The position numbers and the translations under genes were made by a program. Shown here piece after piece: positions 29,487 through 38,248 of a stretch of 64,000 bases of DNA (the first letter of the stretch is position 1; every line of letters begins with the position of its first letter). The stretch lies in assembly GCA_963753395.1 (NCBI GenBank), contig CAVWBW010000012.1, forward strand, positions 516,513-580,512, read 5' to 3'. Under the pieces are notes generated by a model. It searched no databases and was not told where the DNA came from. It saw only the letters and a program-made list of their open reading frames with translations. This stretch comes from an uncultured delta proteobacterium (GTDB taxonomy: Bacteria > Myxococcota_A > Polyangia > Polyangiales > Houyiibacteriaceae).

Positions 29487-31908
29487 ATGATTTCGCCAAG
29501 ACAGAACGCCCGTCACGGGCTCGCAATCGCGCTCCTCGCAATGTCGTCGTTCGGGTGCAACGCGGGCCCCGACGCAGAGCAGAACGAGAACGCGATCATC
29601 GATCCGCCTGCGCAATGCGCTCCCGACCGCCCCGATTGCTCGTCCAGCTTGGACTACCCGGTCGCCGACGATCTCACCGCAGACAACTCCGCGGGCATTC
29701 GTTTTTCCGGCGCAGAGCGGCGCGCTCGTGATCGACCGCCTGAGCGCGCTCCCTGACAGCGACGGTGACGGCGTGCCCGACGATGCCGACGACTGCCCCG
29801 GCACGCCCGACTGGATTAGCTGCGACGACGACCCGACCAACGACGGGGTGTACGCCACGGTCTTCTATGATCCTTCGGGCGCGAACGACGTCCAGCGCAG
29901 CGCCACGGTCACCACGACTTCCGACATCCCTCAGGTTGACGTCTACTTCCTGATCGACGCGACGCCCACGCTCAGCGAGGAAATCACCGTCCTCCAAAGA
30001 GAGATCCTCAGCATCATCGACGACGTTCGGTCGGGGTTTGAGGACGCGCGTTTTGGCCTTGGGCTGTATCGCGAGTATCCCCTAGCACCGCTTGCGGCCC
30101 CCTATAGCCAGTCCCCCTACCACCACATCCTCGACCTGACCGACGACGATGCGCTGATCGACACCGCGTTCAGCACGCTCGACACCGTTGCAAACGGCAC
30201 CCCGGACACTGCGGCCACCCAGGCGCTCTATTCGGTGGCTTCCGGATTGGGTCTTGGCGACATGGTAGCCAACCGCGATGTCTGCCCCGACCCGGACGGA
30301 ATCGGATATCCGTGTTTCCGACCCGAGGCGCTCCACGTCGTCATGAACGTGACCGACGCCGGCGTCTACAACGGGCCCCAGGCGACGGGCCCTCAGTACG
30401 AGGACCCGCCCTTCAACGGACTCGTGGGCGGCGCGGCCATGGATCTGCCCCCGGTGCAGATGTTTCCCGAGCTCTTTGCCGCTGACACGGCGGCACAGGC
30501 GCTCGATCTCGGCGACCTCTCGAGCCGCTCGCTGACTCTTCTCGGCATGAGCACGCTGCTGACGGATCAGGTGAAGACCTCCATGGCTTCCGGGTGCATA
30601 CCGCCGCCCGATCCGTTGGGACTCGACGACGATCAGAAGGACGTCGTTCTCACCTTCCGCTTCGATACGCCGATCGGGGATATCACTGCCTTTGCCGATA
30701 ACACGCATTGGCCCGGTGCCAACCTAGCGCTCTTCGACAGCGCTTCGCTCGAACCCGCCCTGTCGATCGCGTGCGATGGCGGCGCGGGCCGCGACGGGAG
30801 CTGGGGCGCCATTGCTTGGACCCCCACGCCGTCGCCGCAGCAGTACTACCTCGTCGCCGACGGAATCCTGCCCGCCGGGGAGCCGTCTATGGAGCCCGAA
30901 GGTGCCTTCAGCATCTCCATCGTTCATGACGGCGACCCTGCCAACCCAACATGGCTGACGACCGATGCGCCAGTCGCTTGGAACGACGTCGCGACGGCAT
31001 TGCTCGCGAGCAACATCCGAGTCGCGAGCGTCGTGACGCTCCGCGACGCCATGACGATGCCGAGCGAGGGAGACCTCGACGCCCGTCTGATTGCACTCGC
31101 CACCGACGCGCTAACCGAAGCGGGTGGGCAGTGGGTGACCGAGCTCGGGTCATCAAGCGGCGACGGGCTCGACGCGGCGGTTAGCGACACGATCGCGCTC
31201 GCCCGGACCGAGTCGGTGTACGACATCTCGCTGACCGAAGTGGACAACGACAGCACGCCGATCGATGAGCGGGATTTCATCCTCACCATTCGTTGGGACG
31301 ACTGCGCTGATGAGGCCCCGCTCGGTTGCGAGCGGGGCTCGGATCAGCTTTGCCGAAATTGCGACGTCGGCGCGGTCATCGACTTCGCGGTGCTCTTCAT
31401 GAACTCATCGGTCCCGCCGATGACCACGTCCCAGGTGTTCGACTTCGAGCTCGTCGTCCGCGCCGACGACGACGTCGAGGTCGAGCGCATTCCGGTGCGT
31501 GTGATGGTCCCGGACGGGCCTGCCCACGAGTTCGACGCATTGCCGGAGGCAGCCTTCTACCGGAACGCGTACGACACCACGACTCGTTGCAACTCCCCCT
31601 CGGACCGACCGAAATGGGGAGAGCTTCGATGGGACGGCGACACGCCCGAAGGCACTTCGATCGAGTTCCAGATCCGCACCTCGCCGACGCTTGCGGACCT
31701 CGCCACCGCGGTCCCGGCGATCGTCGAGATCCCAACCGACACCGATAGCGATACGTTCAACCTCACCGACGAGCTGATCGCCGATGGGCAAGTGTACGGT
31801 TTTCCCTACCTCCAGATTACGGCCGTGCTGAACCCTTCGAGCAGCCCGCCTGCCACACCGACTCTCGAGGGCTGGTCGTTCGAGTTCATCTGCGAAGCTG
31901 CGGAATGA
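29487..31908 (+). pseudogene. TSP3-repeat / vWA-domain lipoprotein with an apparent +1 frameshift near the T5 run at 29702-29706 (true pseudogene or assembly error)
   Basis: The signal peptide and lipobox MISPRQNARHGLAIALLAMSSFGC (ATG 29487) lie in the frame of ORF 29454..29756. The rest lies in the frame of ORF 29728..31908: DSDGDGVPDDADDCPG (TSP3), then VDVYFLIDATPTLSEEI (a vWA MIDAS-like DxTxT). The second frame is open upstream past the T5 run. Confidence 0.6.
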
Positions 31909-31934
31909 TCTGAGCCCTGCTAGCATCGGCCCGC

Positions 31935-32873
31935 GTGGCCGAAGCAGGGCGAAAGCTGAGCCTCGCGGCGTGGACCTGGGTGTTCATCGCCGCCTTGGCG
32001 GCCTTCGAACTGGTCGCGGACCCCGTGATCCGGGCGGCGATCCCCAGCGACGAATCGTGGGCGGAAGCCTCGGCGTTCGTTCGCTCGCAATTCGAGCCGA
32101 GCGACCGGATCGTCGCCGCGCCTTCATGGGCGGATCCGATCGTGCGGCGCGAGCTCGGCGGCCTCATGTCCTTGCGCATGGCGGCACTTCCCGACTCGGC
32201 CGGCGTCGAGCGGGTGTGGGAGCTCGGCGTCCGTGGGGCCACGACGCGCGACGATGCCCCAGCGCTCGAGCGAGCTTTCGGTCGTGTACGCGTCCGGATG
32301 TGGCCGGTCGAATCACCGAAGATCGTCTACGATTTCGTCGCTGAGATTGCAAAGGCGCGCGTCGAGCTTGAAACCGAAGACGGACCTCTTGCGTGCCCGT
32401 GGAGACGTACGCGCCCAGCGCCGGGAGGCCTCGAGCGTGGCCCCATGAGGCCAGAGGAGCGCTTCGTGTGCGATCGCGAACGCCCATGGCTGTGGGTTGG
32501 TTCCACGGTCCTCGCTGATCTCGAGCTCCAACCGCGGCGTTGCATCTGGCAGCATCCCGCAGGCCCGAATCCGCTGCGCACGATCTTTGCCGACGTGCCA
32601 CTCGGGGACACGCTCGTCGTGCGTGCGGGCATCGACTACCAGATCGCGCGAGAGCGAGCGCACGCTCCAGTGACCCTTCGCGTCTGGATCGATGACCAGA
32701 TCGCGACCGAATGGATTCACCGAGACGGAGATGGCTGGTCCGGCTTCGAGATCGACACGTCGAGCCGCGACGGATCATCGGCGACCGTCCGTTTCGAGAC
32801 CACGACGAGTGATCCCTTCGCACGGCTCTTCTGTTTCTCCGCATCTTCGCAAGCGGAGGTACGCCGTGATTGA
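31935..32873 (+). CDS. Hypothetical membrane-anchored protein
   Basis: GTG start. It has the N-terminal TM helix LSLAAWTWVFIAALAAFELV. I recognise no family. The stop overlaps the start of the downstream GT39 gene by 8 nt. Confidence 0.5.
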   Translation: MAEAGRKLSLAAWTWVFIAALAAFELVADPVIRAAIPSDESWAEASAFVRSQFEPSDRIVAAPSWADPIVRRELGGLMSLRMAALPDSAGVERVWELGVRGATTRDDAPALERAFGRVRVRMWPVESPKIVYDFVAEIAKARVELETEDGPLACPWRRTRPAPGGLERGPMRPEERFVCDRERPWLWVGSTVLADLELQPRRCIWQHPAGPNPLRTIFADVPLGDTLVVRAGIDYQIARERAHAPVTLRVWIDDQIATEWIHRDGDGWSGFEIDTSSRDGSSATVRFETTTSDPFARLFCFSASSQAEVRRD

Positions 32874-34512
32874 CGCACGACGTATCACGCGTCGGGATCA
32901 CATGGTTGGCGCGGCGCTGTGCTTCGGCTACGTGGCGCTGCTTCTCTACACCGCTGGGGACTTGGCGATGTCTCGCGATGAGAGCTTCTACGTCCACGCC
33001 GCCAAGAACATCGCCGCTTGGCTCTCCGAGCTCCTCAGCGATCCGGCTTCAGCGCTCGACCAAGCCCGCGTGGATCGAGCGTGGCGATACAACTGGGAAC
33101 ACCCGGCGTGGATGAAGCTTTCGTTCGCGTGGAGCTGGCTCGCGCATGAGCAATTTGGCCTTTTCCCTCGTGATTCCATGGCGTTTCGGTTTCCCGCGAT
33201 GCTCACCTCGGGCCTGCTGCTCTGGCTGATCTACGTGTGGGGGGCCTCGGTGATGGCGCGCGGTGGCGCCCTATTCTCGGCTCTCGCGTTCGCGACGATG
33301 CCGCGCGTCTTCTATCACAGTCACCTCGACTGCTTCGATATTCCGATCGCGTTCTTCGTCGCGCTCACGGCGTACGCCTATTGGCGCGCGCTCATCGATC
33401 GGCGCTGGGTCCCGGTGCTTGGTCTGGTGTTCGGTCTTGCGCTCAGCACGAAGCACAATAGCTGGATCCTTCCTGCAGTTTTCCTGATTCACTTTGCTTG
33501 GCTTCGCGCCGATCAAGGGCGCGCAGGTTCCGAGCGGCCAACGTCCTTCGCGTGGCTCGTGTCCATGCTCACCGTGGGTCCACTGGTATTCGTCGGTACG
33601 TGGCCCTGGCTCTGGCACGACACATGGAGTCGCATCGGCGCATACGTGAGCTTTCATTTGAGACACGTTCACTACACCTACCAATACCTGGGCGTCAGCT
33701 ACTTCGAACCGCCCATGCCCTTGTCGGTCCCCTTCGTCATGACCCTCTTCACGGTTTCGCTCCCCGTGCTCGCCCTTGCCGTCGCTGGCGTGCTCTTCTG
33801 CCGTGCCGAGCTCAGGCCCCCATGGAGTCTTCGTCACGGTGACCCGACGTCGCGCCGCACCGCGGTGCTCTGGCTCGGATGCCTCCTCGCGCCTTTGCTC
33901 GCGATAGCGCTCCCGAGCTCACCGATCTTCGGTGGGACCAAGCACTGGATCACCGCGTATCCTTTCTTGGCCTTGTTCGCAGGCCGGGGCTTGCTCGCGA
34001 TCACCGAGCTCGCGGAGCTCGGCCCATGGACCGGGCATCGCTCGAGGGCCTGGGTCTTTGCCGTCCTTTGCCTGCTTCCCGGCGCGGTCCAAACTGGGCA
34101 CAGTCATCCGTTCGGCCTCTCCCATTACATGCCGATCGCCGGCGGTGTGTCCGGCGCGGCCGACCTCGGCATGAACCGGCAGTTCTGGGGGTTCACCACG
34201 GGCAGCGTCACGGACTGGTTGGTCGCAGAGCTCCCCGATGGCGGCTCGGTTTGGCTGTGTGACACTACAGTCGGCGCGTGGGCCATGCTGCAGGCCGACG
34301 GCGTCGTTCCCAGAAACATCCGCGCCGCGCGATCGATCAGCGAAGCGGACTTCGCCCTCGTCCACCACGAGCGCCACTTCGCCGAGGTCGACTATCAAGC
34401 GTGGGTTGCCTACGGCAGCCCGAAGCCCGCTCACCTGCTCCTCTATGACGGAGTGCCCATCGTCTCCGTATACGAAAACCCGGCTCGCCGCGAGCGCGGC
34501 TCAGCAGACTAG
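32866..34512 (+). CDS. GT-C fold glycosyltransferase, family 39 (PMT/ArnT-like)
   Basis: ORF 32692..34512. GTG 32866 is preceded by GGAGG (32856-32860). It has about 11 TM segments, and the first loop contains LAMSRDESFYVHAA (DE motif). Confidence 0.78.
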   Translation: MIDARRITRRDHMVGAALCFGYVALLLYTAGDLAMSRDESFYVHAAKNIAAWLSELLSDPASALDQARVDRAWRYNWEHPAWMKLSFAWSWLAHEQFGLFPRDSMAFRFPAMLTSGLLLWLIYVWGASVMARGGALFSALAFATMPRVFYHSHLDCFDIPIAFFVALTAYAYWRALIDRRWVPVLGLVFGLALSTKHNSWILPAVFLIHFAWLRADQGRAGSERPTSFAWLVSMLTVGPLVFVGTWPWLWHDTWSRIGAYVSFHLRHVHYTYQYLGVSYFEPPMPLSVPFVMTLFTVSLPVLALAVAGVLFCRAELRPPWSLRHGDPTSRRTAVLWLGCLLAPLLAIALPSSPIFGGTKHWITAYPFLALFAGRGLLAITELAELGPWTGHRSRAWVFAVLCLLPGAVQTGHSHPFGLSHYMPIAGGVSGAADLGMNRQFWGFTTGSVTDWLVAELPDGGSVWLCDTTVGAWAMLQADGVVPRNIRAARSISEADFALVHHERHFAEVDYQAWVAYGSPKPAHLLLYDGVPIVSVYENPARRERGSAD

Positions 34513-35288
34513 AGCGAGCGCTCGCTCGCCTTGGCGATGCCGTCACGCGCTTTGTTCATCAAGGCGATCAGGCTCTCGACGATGCCGATGATGACGTACG
34601 CGGCCAACAACCAGACGAGCGCCATCGACGGGTGGATCTTGAGGGCGATCCATACCGTGATCGCCAAGGCGCCCGAGATGAGCAGGACGGTTCGCCAGTT
34701 CAGGCGCAGATCCTTGAAAGAACGGAACGGCATCGAGCTCACCATGAAGACCGAGAGCATGATGACCAGGGTCGAGATGATGATCGGTGTGAAGGGGAGC
34801 TTCCCCGTGAGATGGTTCGCCACCACGATCGAGATCAAGATAACGGCGGCCGCGGGGATCGGAAGTCCCTGCATGTACTTCCCGGGCGTGTGGGGTTGAC
34901 CGTCGTCTTCCGTGGACGTGACGTTGAAGCGCGCCAAGCGAATCGCCCCTGCTCCCACGAACACGAAGCCGACGAGCATCCCGATGGTCCCGAGCTCCGA
35001 GAGTGACCAGTGGTACACGAGGACGGCGGGCGCGACCCCGAACGAAATCACGTCGGCGAGCGAGTCGAGCTGCACACCGATCTGGCTCTGGGTCTTGGTG
35101 AGCCTGGCGACACGGCCGTCGATGCCGTCGAAGAAGAGCGCGAAGATGATCAGAAGTGCGGCGCGATAGAAGTCGTCGCTCGTCTGCCGCTCGGAAAGAA
35201 TGAGAATCGCGTAGTACCCGCACAACACGCTCGAAAGCGTGAAGAGGTTCGGAAGGATGAAGAGGGTCTTCCGGAGATCGACTTTCAC
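34509..35288 (-). CDS. pssA: CDP-diacylglycerol--serine O-phosphatidyltransferase
   Basis: The CDP-alcohol phosphatidyltransferase motif DGIDGRVARLTKTQSQIGVQLDSLADVISFGVAPA is present. Multi-TM, 259 aa. Confidence 0.88.
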   Translation of the reverse strand: MKVDLRKTLFILPNLFTLSSVLCGYYAILILSERQTSDDFYRAALLIIFALFFDGIDGRVARLTKTQSQIGVQLDSLADVISFGVAPAVLVYHWSLSELGTIGMLVGFVFVGAGAIRLARFNVTSTEDDGQPHTPGKYMQGLPIPAAAVILISIVVANHLTGKLPFTPIIISTLVIMLSVFMVSSMPFRSFKDLRLNWRTVLLISGALAITVWIALKIHPSMALVWLLAAYVIIGIVESLIALMNKARDGIAKASERSL

Positions 35289-35361
35289 GTGAGACTCAAC
35301 TTGTGCACCAGGGTCGACAGGCTATGAGACGGCGATTTCGCTGTCCACTCTTGAGGTCGTA

Positions 35362-36210
35362 TCACGGAGCGCCGGTCTGCAAAAGGGCCGCATGGAGGGC
35401 CCCGAGGCCCATATTGCGTAGCCGAAGCTCACCTGTTGCTGCGTAGAGCTTCTGCAGACTGGTCGCCGCGCGGTCCGGTCTTCCTCCAAGCAGCTCGAAC
35501 AATGCGGCCGCTTCTTCGGTGCCCGAGCCGCCCGCGTTGTGCAACGCGAGCAGTGCTTCCTCTCGCTTGACGAGTGGCTGACCCCAGCCGTGAAGAGCCA
35601 GCCAACCCCAGTAGGCCTGTAGCTCGATGTCGGAGAATCCGTCGACAAATGGCTGCCGGATAATCGCGTTCCATCGCGCTTTGTAGAGGGCTCGCACCGT
35701 GAGCTCGGGGGCGATGACGACTCCTGCGCGGACGAGGCCATAGCGGGTCTCGATCTTCGGAAAGCCGCCAAGTATTGCGAGGTCCTCGTCGCTTCGTACC
35801 TCGTTCGAGCGGTCGTAGAAGACGCGGACGAAGTCTTCGACTGCGGCTGCACGCATCGCGTCCAGTGCTGGGGGGCCTTCCTTCGCCACGAGCGCTAGGG
35901 TCGCGTGATGGATCGCGGCCTGCCGGCGGTCATACTCGCGCCCGGGGTAGGGGGGATTCGCTTCCGCCCGACCGTGCTCGAGGAAGAGCGACCTCAGTGT
36001 CTCAGCTTCGGGGCTGTCCGGGGCATCAGCGGCCAGCGCCTGGTCGAAGCGGATCGCGTCTGATGCTGCCGTTCGGTCGAGCACGATGCTCGGCATTTCC
36101 CATGGATCGACCGCCTGCGGAATTGCCAAGGTCCCTGCAACCAAGGCCGCCGCGACTACCCAGGAGATCAGCTTCAAGCCGGATTCGGTCACCGTCCGCA
36201 ATGCTAGCAC
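35362..36210 (-). CDS. Hypothetical secreted or membrane-anchored protein
   Basis: N-terminal hydrophobic segment LKLISWVVAAALVAGTLAI, protein-like composition and a length of 282 aa. No recognisable motif. Confidence 0.5.
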   Translation of the reverse strand: MLALRTVTESGLKLISWVVAAALVAGTLAIPQAVDPWEMPSIVLDRTAASDAIRFDQALAADAPDSPEAETLRSLFLEHGRAEANPPYPGREYDRRQAAIHHATLALVAKEGPPALDAMRAAAVEDFVRVFYDRSNEVRSDEDLAILGGFPKIETRYGLVRAGVVIAPELTVRALYKARWNAIIRQPFVDGFSDIELQAYWGWLALHGWGQPLVKREEALLALHNAGGSGTEEAAALFELLGGRPDRAATSLQKLYAATGELRLRNMGLGALHAALLQTGAP

Positions 36211-36260
36211 GGGCGCCGGACCTGCCCGCTTTTCCGGGCCCTGCTAGGATTGGCCCACCC

Positions 36261-36932
36261 ATGCAGGTAAGCGTTCACTACTACGCGGCTGCCAAAGAGC
36301 TCGCAGGTCGTGGCAGCTCGACCTTCGAGTTCGCCGCCGCGACCGTATCGCAGACCGAGCTCCGCCACGCCGTAGCCGAGCGACTCCCTTCGCTCGGACC
36401 CTTTCTCGACCGCATGCGTTTGGCGGTCAACGGCGATTTCGTCGACACGGCCGCAGAGCTCCACGACGGCGACCGGGTTGATGTGCTTCCGCCAGTTGCC
36501 GGTGGCGCCCCCGTGGTTCTCTGCCGTATCACCGACCTAGAAATATCCCTCGATGACACTCGGAAGTCAGTGGAGCACGCGGGCGCCGGCGGAGTCTGCA
36601 TCTTTCATGGGGTCGTGCGCGATCACGCCGATGGGCGCGCGGTGTCGCGCTTGGACTACGAAGCCCACGAGAGCCTGGCCGAAAAAGAGATGCGCCGGGT
36701 ATTGGAGGGTGTCATCGCCGAGCATCCAGGCGCGCGACTTGCTGCCGTACATCGCGTTGGCAGCCTCGGTGTAGGCGACGTTGCGGTTTGCGTGGCGGCC
36801 AGTGCCGCGCATCGTGACGAGGCGTTCGCTGCGTGCCGCAAGGCGATCGATCGAATCAAAGAGACGGTGCCGCTTTGGAAAAAGGAGTGGGGCTCAGGGG
36901 GCGACGCCCACTGGGTCAACCTCGAGAGCTAG
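36261..36932 (+). CDS. Molybdopterin synthase MoaD-MoaE fusion (MoaX-like)
   Basis: ORF 35775..36932. The real start is MQVSVHYYAAAKELAG at 36261. The MoaD part ends in VLPPVAGG (residues 81-82, nt 36501-36506). A MoaE-like part follows directly (GAGGVCIFHGVVRD..., VPLWKKE). Confidence 0.82.
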   Translation: MQVSVHYYAAAKELAGRGSSTFEFAAATVSQTELRHAVAERLPSLGPFLDRMRLAVNGDFVDTAAELHDGDRVDVLPPVAGGAPVVLCRITDLEISLDDTRKSVEHAGAGGVCIFHGVVRDHADGRAVSRLDYEAHESLAEKEMRRVLEGVIAEHPGARLAAVHRVGSLGVGDVAVCVAASAAHRDEAFAACRKAIDRIKETVPLWKKEWGSGGDAHWVNLES

Positions 36933-38248
36933 CCGTGCCCGAGGCCGCGTACGTCGGCGAGCAACGCATCGTCGAGGGCTCCGACGCAGGTGAGGTGAGC
37001 CTGGTTCGGGTCGAAATAGCGGCGCACGACTCGTTGGATGTCTTCGGGGGTGACCTCGGCTACTTGCTTCGCGATCGCCCCGAGCTCCTCGGGTAGCCCG
37101 AACAGCGCGCTGCCTCCGACGAAATGCACCGTGTCCTCGGGGTCGTCCCGAACGGTGCGGAGACCCCAAAGGTAACGGCGCTTGGCCTTCTCGACCTCGT
37201 CGTCGCTCGGCGCGCTTTGTCGAAGGGCTTCCACCAGCTCGAGCACGGTTTCGACGAGGTGCGGGGCCTTCGTGTGCTCCACGGCCGCCCCGAAATCGAA
37301 CACCCCGCAGTCTTCGAGCGAATCGTTGTCGGCGAACGCCTCGTACGCGAGGCCCCGCTCTTCGCAGATCGTCCGATGAACGCGAGTGCTCAACCCATCA
37401 TCGAGGACCCGCGCAAGCAAGAGCAGCGTCGGGGCCTCCGGGTCCGTGACCCCGGGGGTGTGGAACGATACGCGCACGTCGGTTTGGCTTCCCGGGTCGT
37501 GCACGTACGCGAATCTGTCCGGGGCGCGGTCGGGAACGCGCGTCGATTCGACCGCGCTTCCTTCAGGCATGTCCTCGAAGCCGTTCTCGATCGCGTCGCG
37601 GATCTCAGACGCGTCGAAGGCGCCGGCGACACAAAGCACCGAATTTCGCGCGGTGTAGTACAAAGCGTGGTGGCGGCGGAGGTCCTGGGTGTCGAATCGG
37701 TCCAAGTTGCCGAGCGGCCCCGTGATCGAGAAGCCCAGCGGGTGGTCCGGGTAGAGCAGGCCCCTAGACACGTTGTCGATGTCGATTTGCTCCCCTTGCT
37801 CGTTGAGGTCTTCGAGGATCTCCTCGCGAATGATCTGCTTCTCCGCGGAGAGCTCACTCAGGAGCGGCTGGCGGAGCACCTCCGCCAACAACTTTGTCCC
37901 GTCGGCGATCGTTTCCGGCGGCAGCGTCAGGTCGTAGCTCGTGAAATCGACGTGTGTGGCGGCGTCGAGCGTCCCACCGAGCCGTTCGATGGCCAAGTTG
38001 AGGTCATGCGCGGCGGGATGGCCCTCGGTTCCCCGATACAACATGTGCTCGAGAAAGTGGCTCAGTCCGTTGGTCTTCGGGCTCTCGTAGCGCGAGCCGA
38101 CCCGGACGAAGAACGACGCCGTTGCCGACTGCAGGTGTGGCAACGGAATGAGGCGTACCCGCAGGCCATTGCCGAGCGTGAACGACTCGGATGGCAATGC
38201 GGGCAGGCTCAGGCCACTAGCTACGGCCATCCTGCGTCGGAAGCGCAT
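36929..38248 (-). CDS. M16 family zinc peptidase (pitrilysin-like)
   Basis: The inverted zinc motif GLSHFLEHMLYRGT (HxxEH) is present. Length 439 aa. The start could instead be the ATG at 38227. Confidence 0.85.
   Translation of the reverse strand: MRFRRRMAVASGLSLPALPSESFTLGNGLRVRLIPLPHLQSATASFFVRVGSRYESPKTNGLSHFLEHMLYRGTEGHPAAHDLNLAIERLGGTLDAATHVDFTSYDLTLPPETIADGTKLLAEVLRQPLLSELSAEKQIIREEILEDLNEQGEQIDIDNVSRGLLYPDHPLGFSITGPLGNLDRFDTQDLRRHHALYYTARNSVLCVAGAFDASEIRDAIENGFEDMPEGSAVESTRVPDRAPDRFAYVHDPGSQTDVRVSFHTPGVTDPEAPTLLLLARVLDDGLSTRVHRTICEERGLAYEAFADNDSLEDCGVFDFGAAVEHTKAPHLVETVLELVEALRQSAPSDDEVEKAKRRYLWGLRTVRDDPEDTVHFVGGSALFGLPEELGAIAKQVAEVTPEDIQRVVRRYFDPNQAHLTCVGALDDALLADVRGLGHG

Noticed and set aside
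35775-36260. 162-codon N-terminal extension of the moaD-moaE ORF
   Set aside because: It is Arg/Pro/Gly-rich junk that overlaps the divergent gene 35362..36210. The MoaD fold starts at MQVSVHYY (36261).
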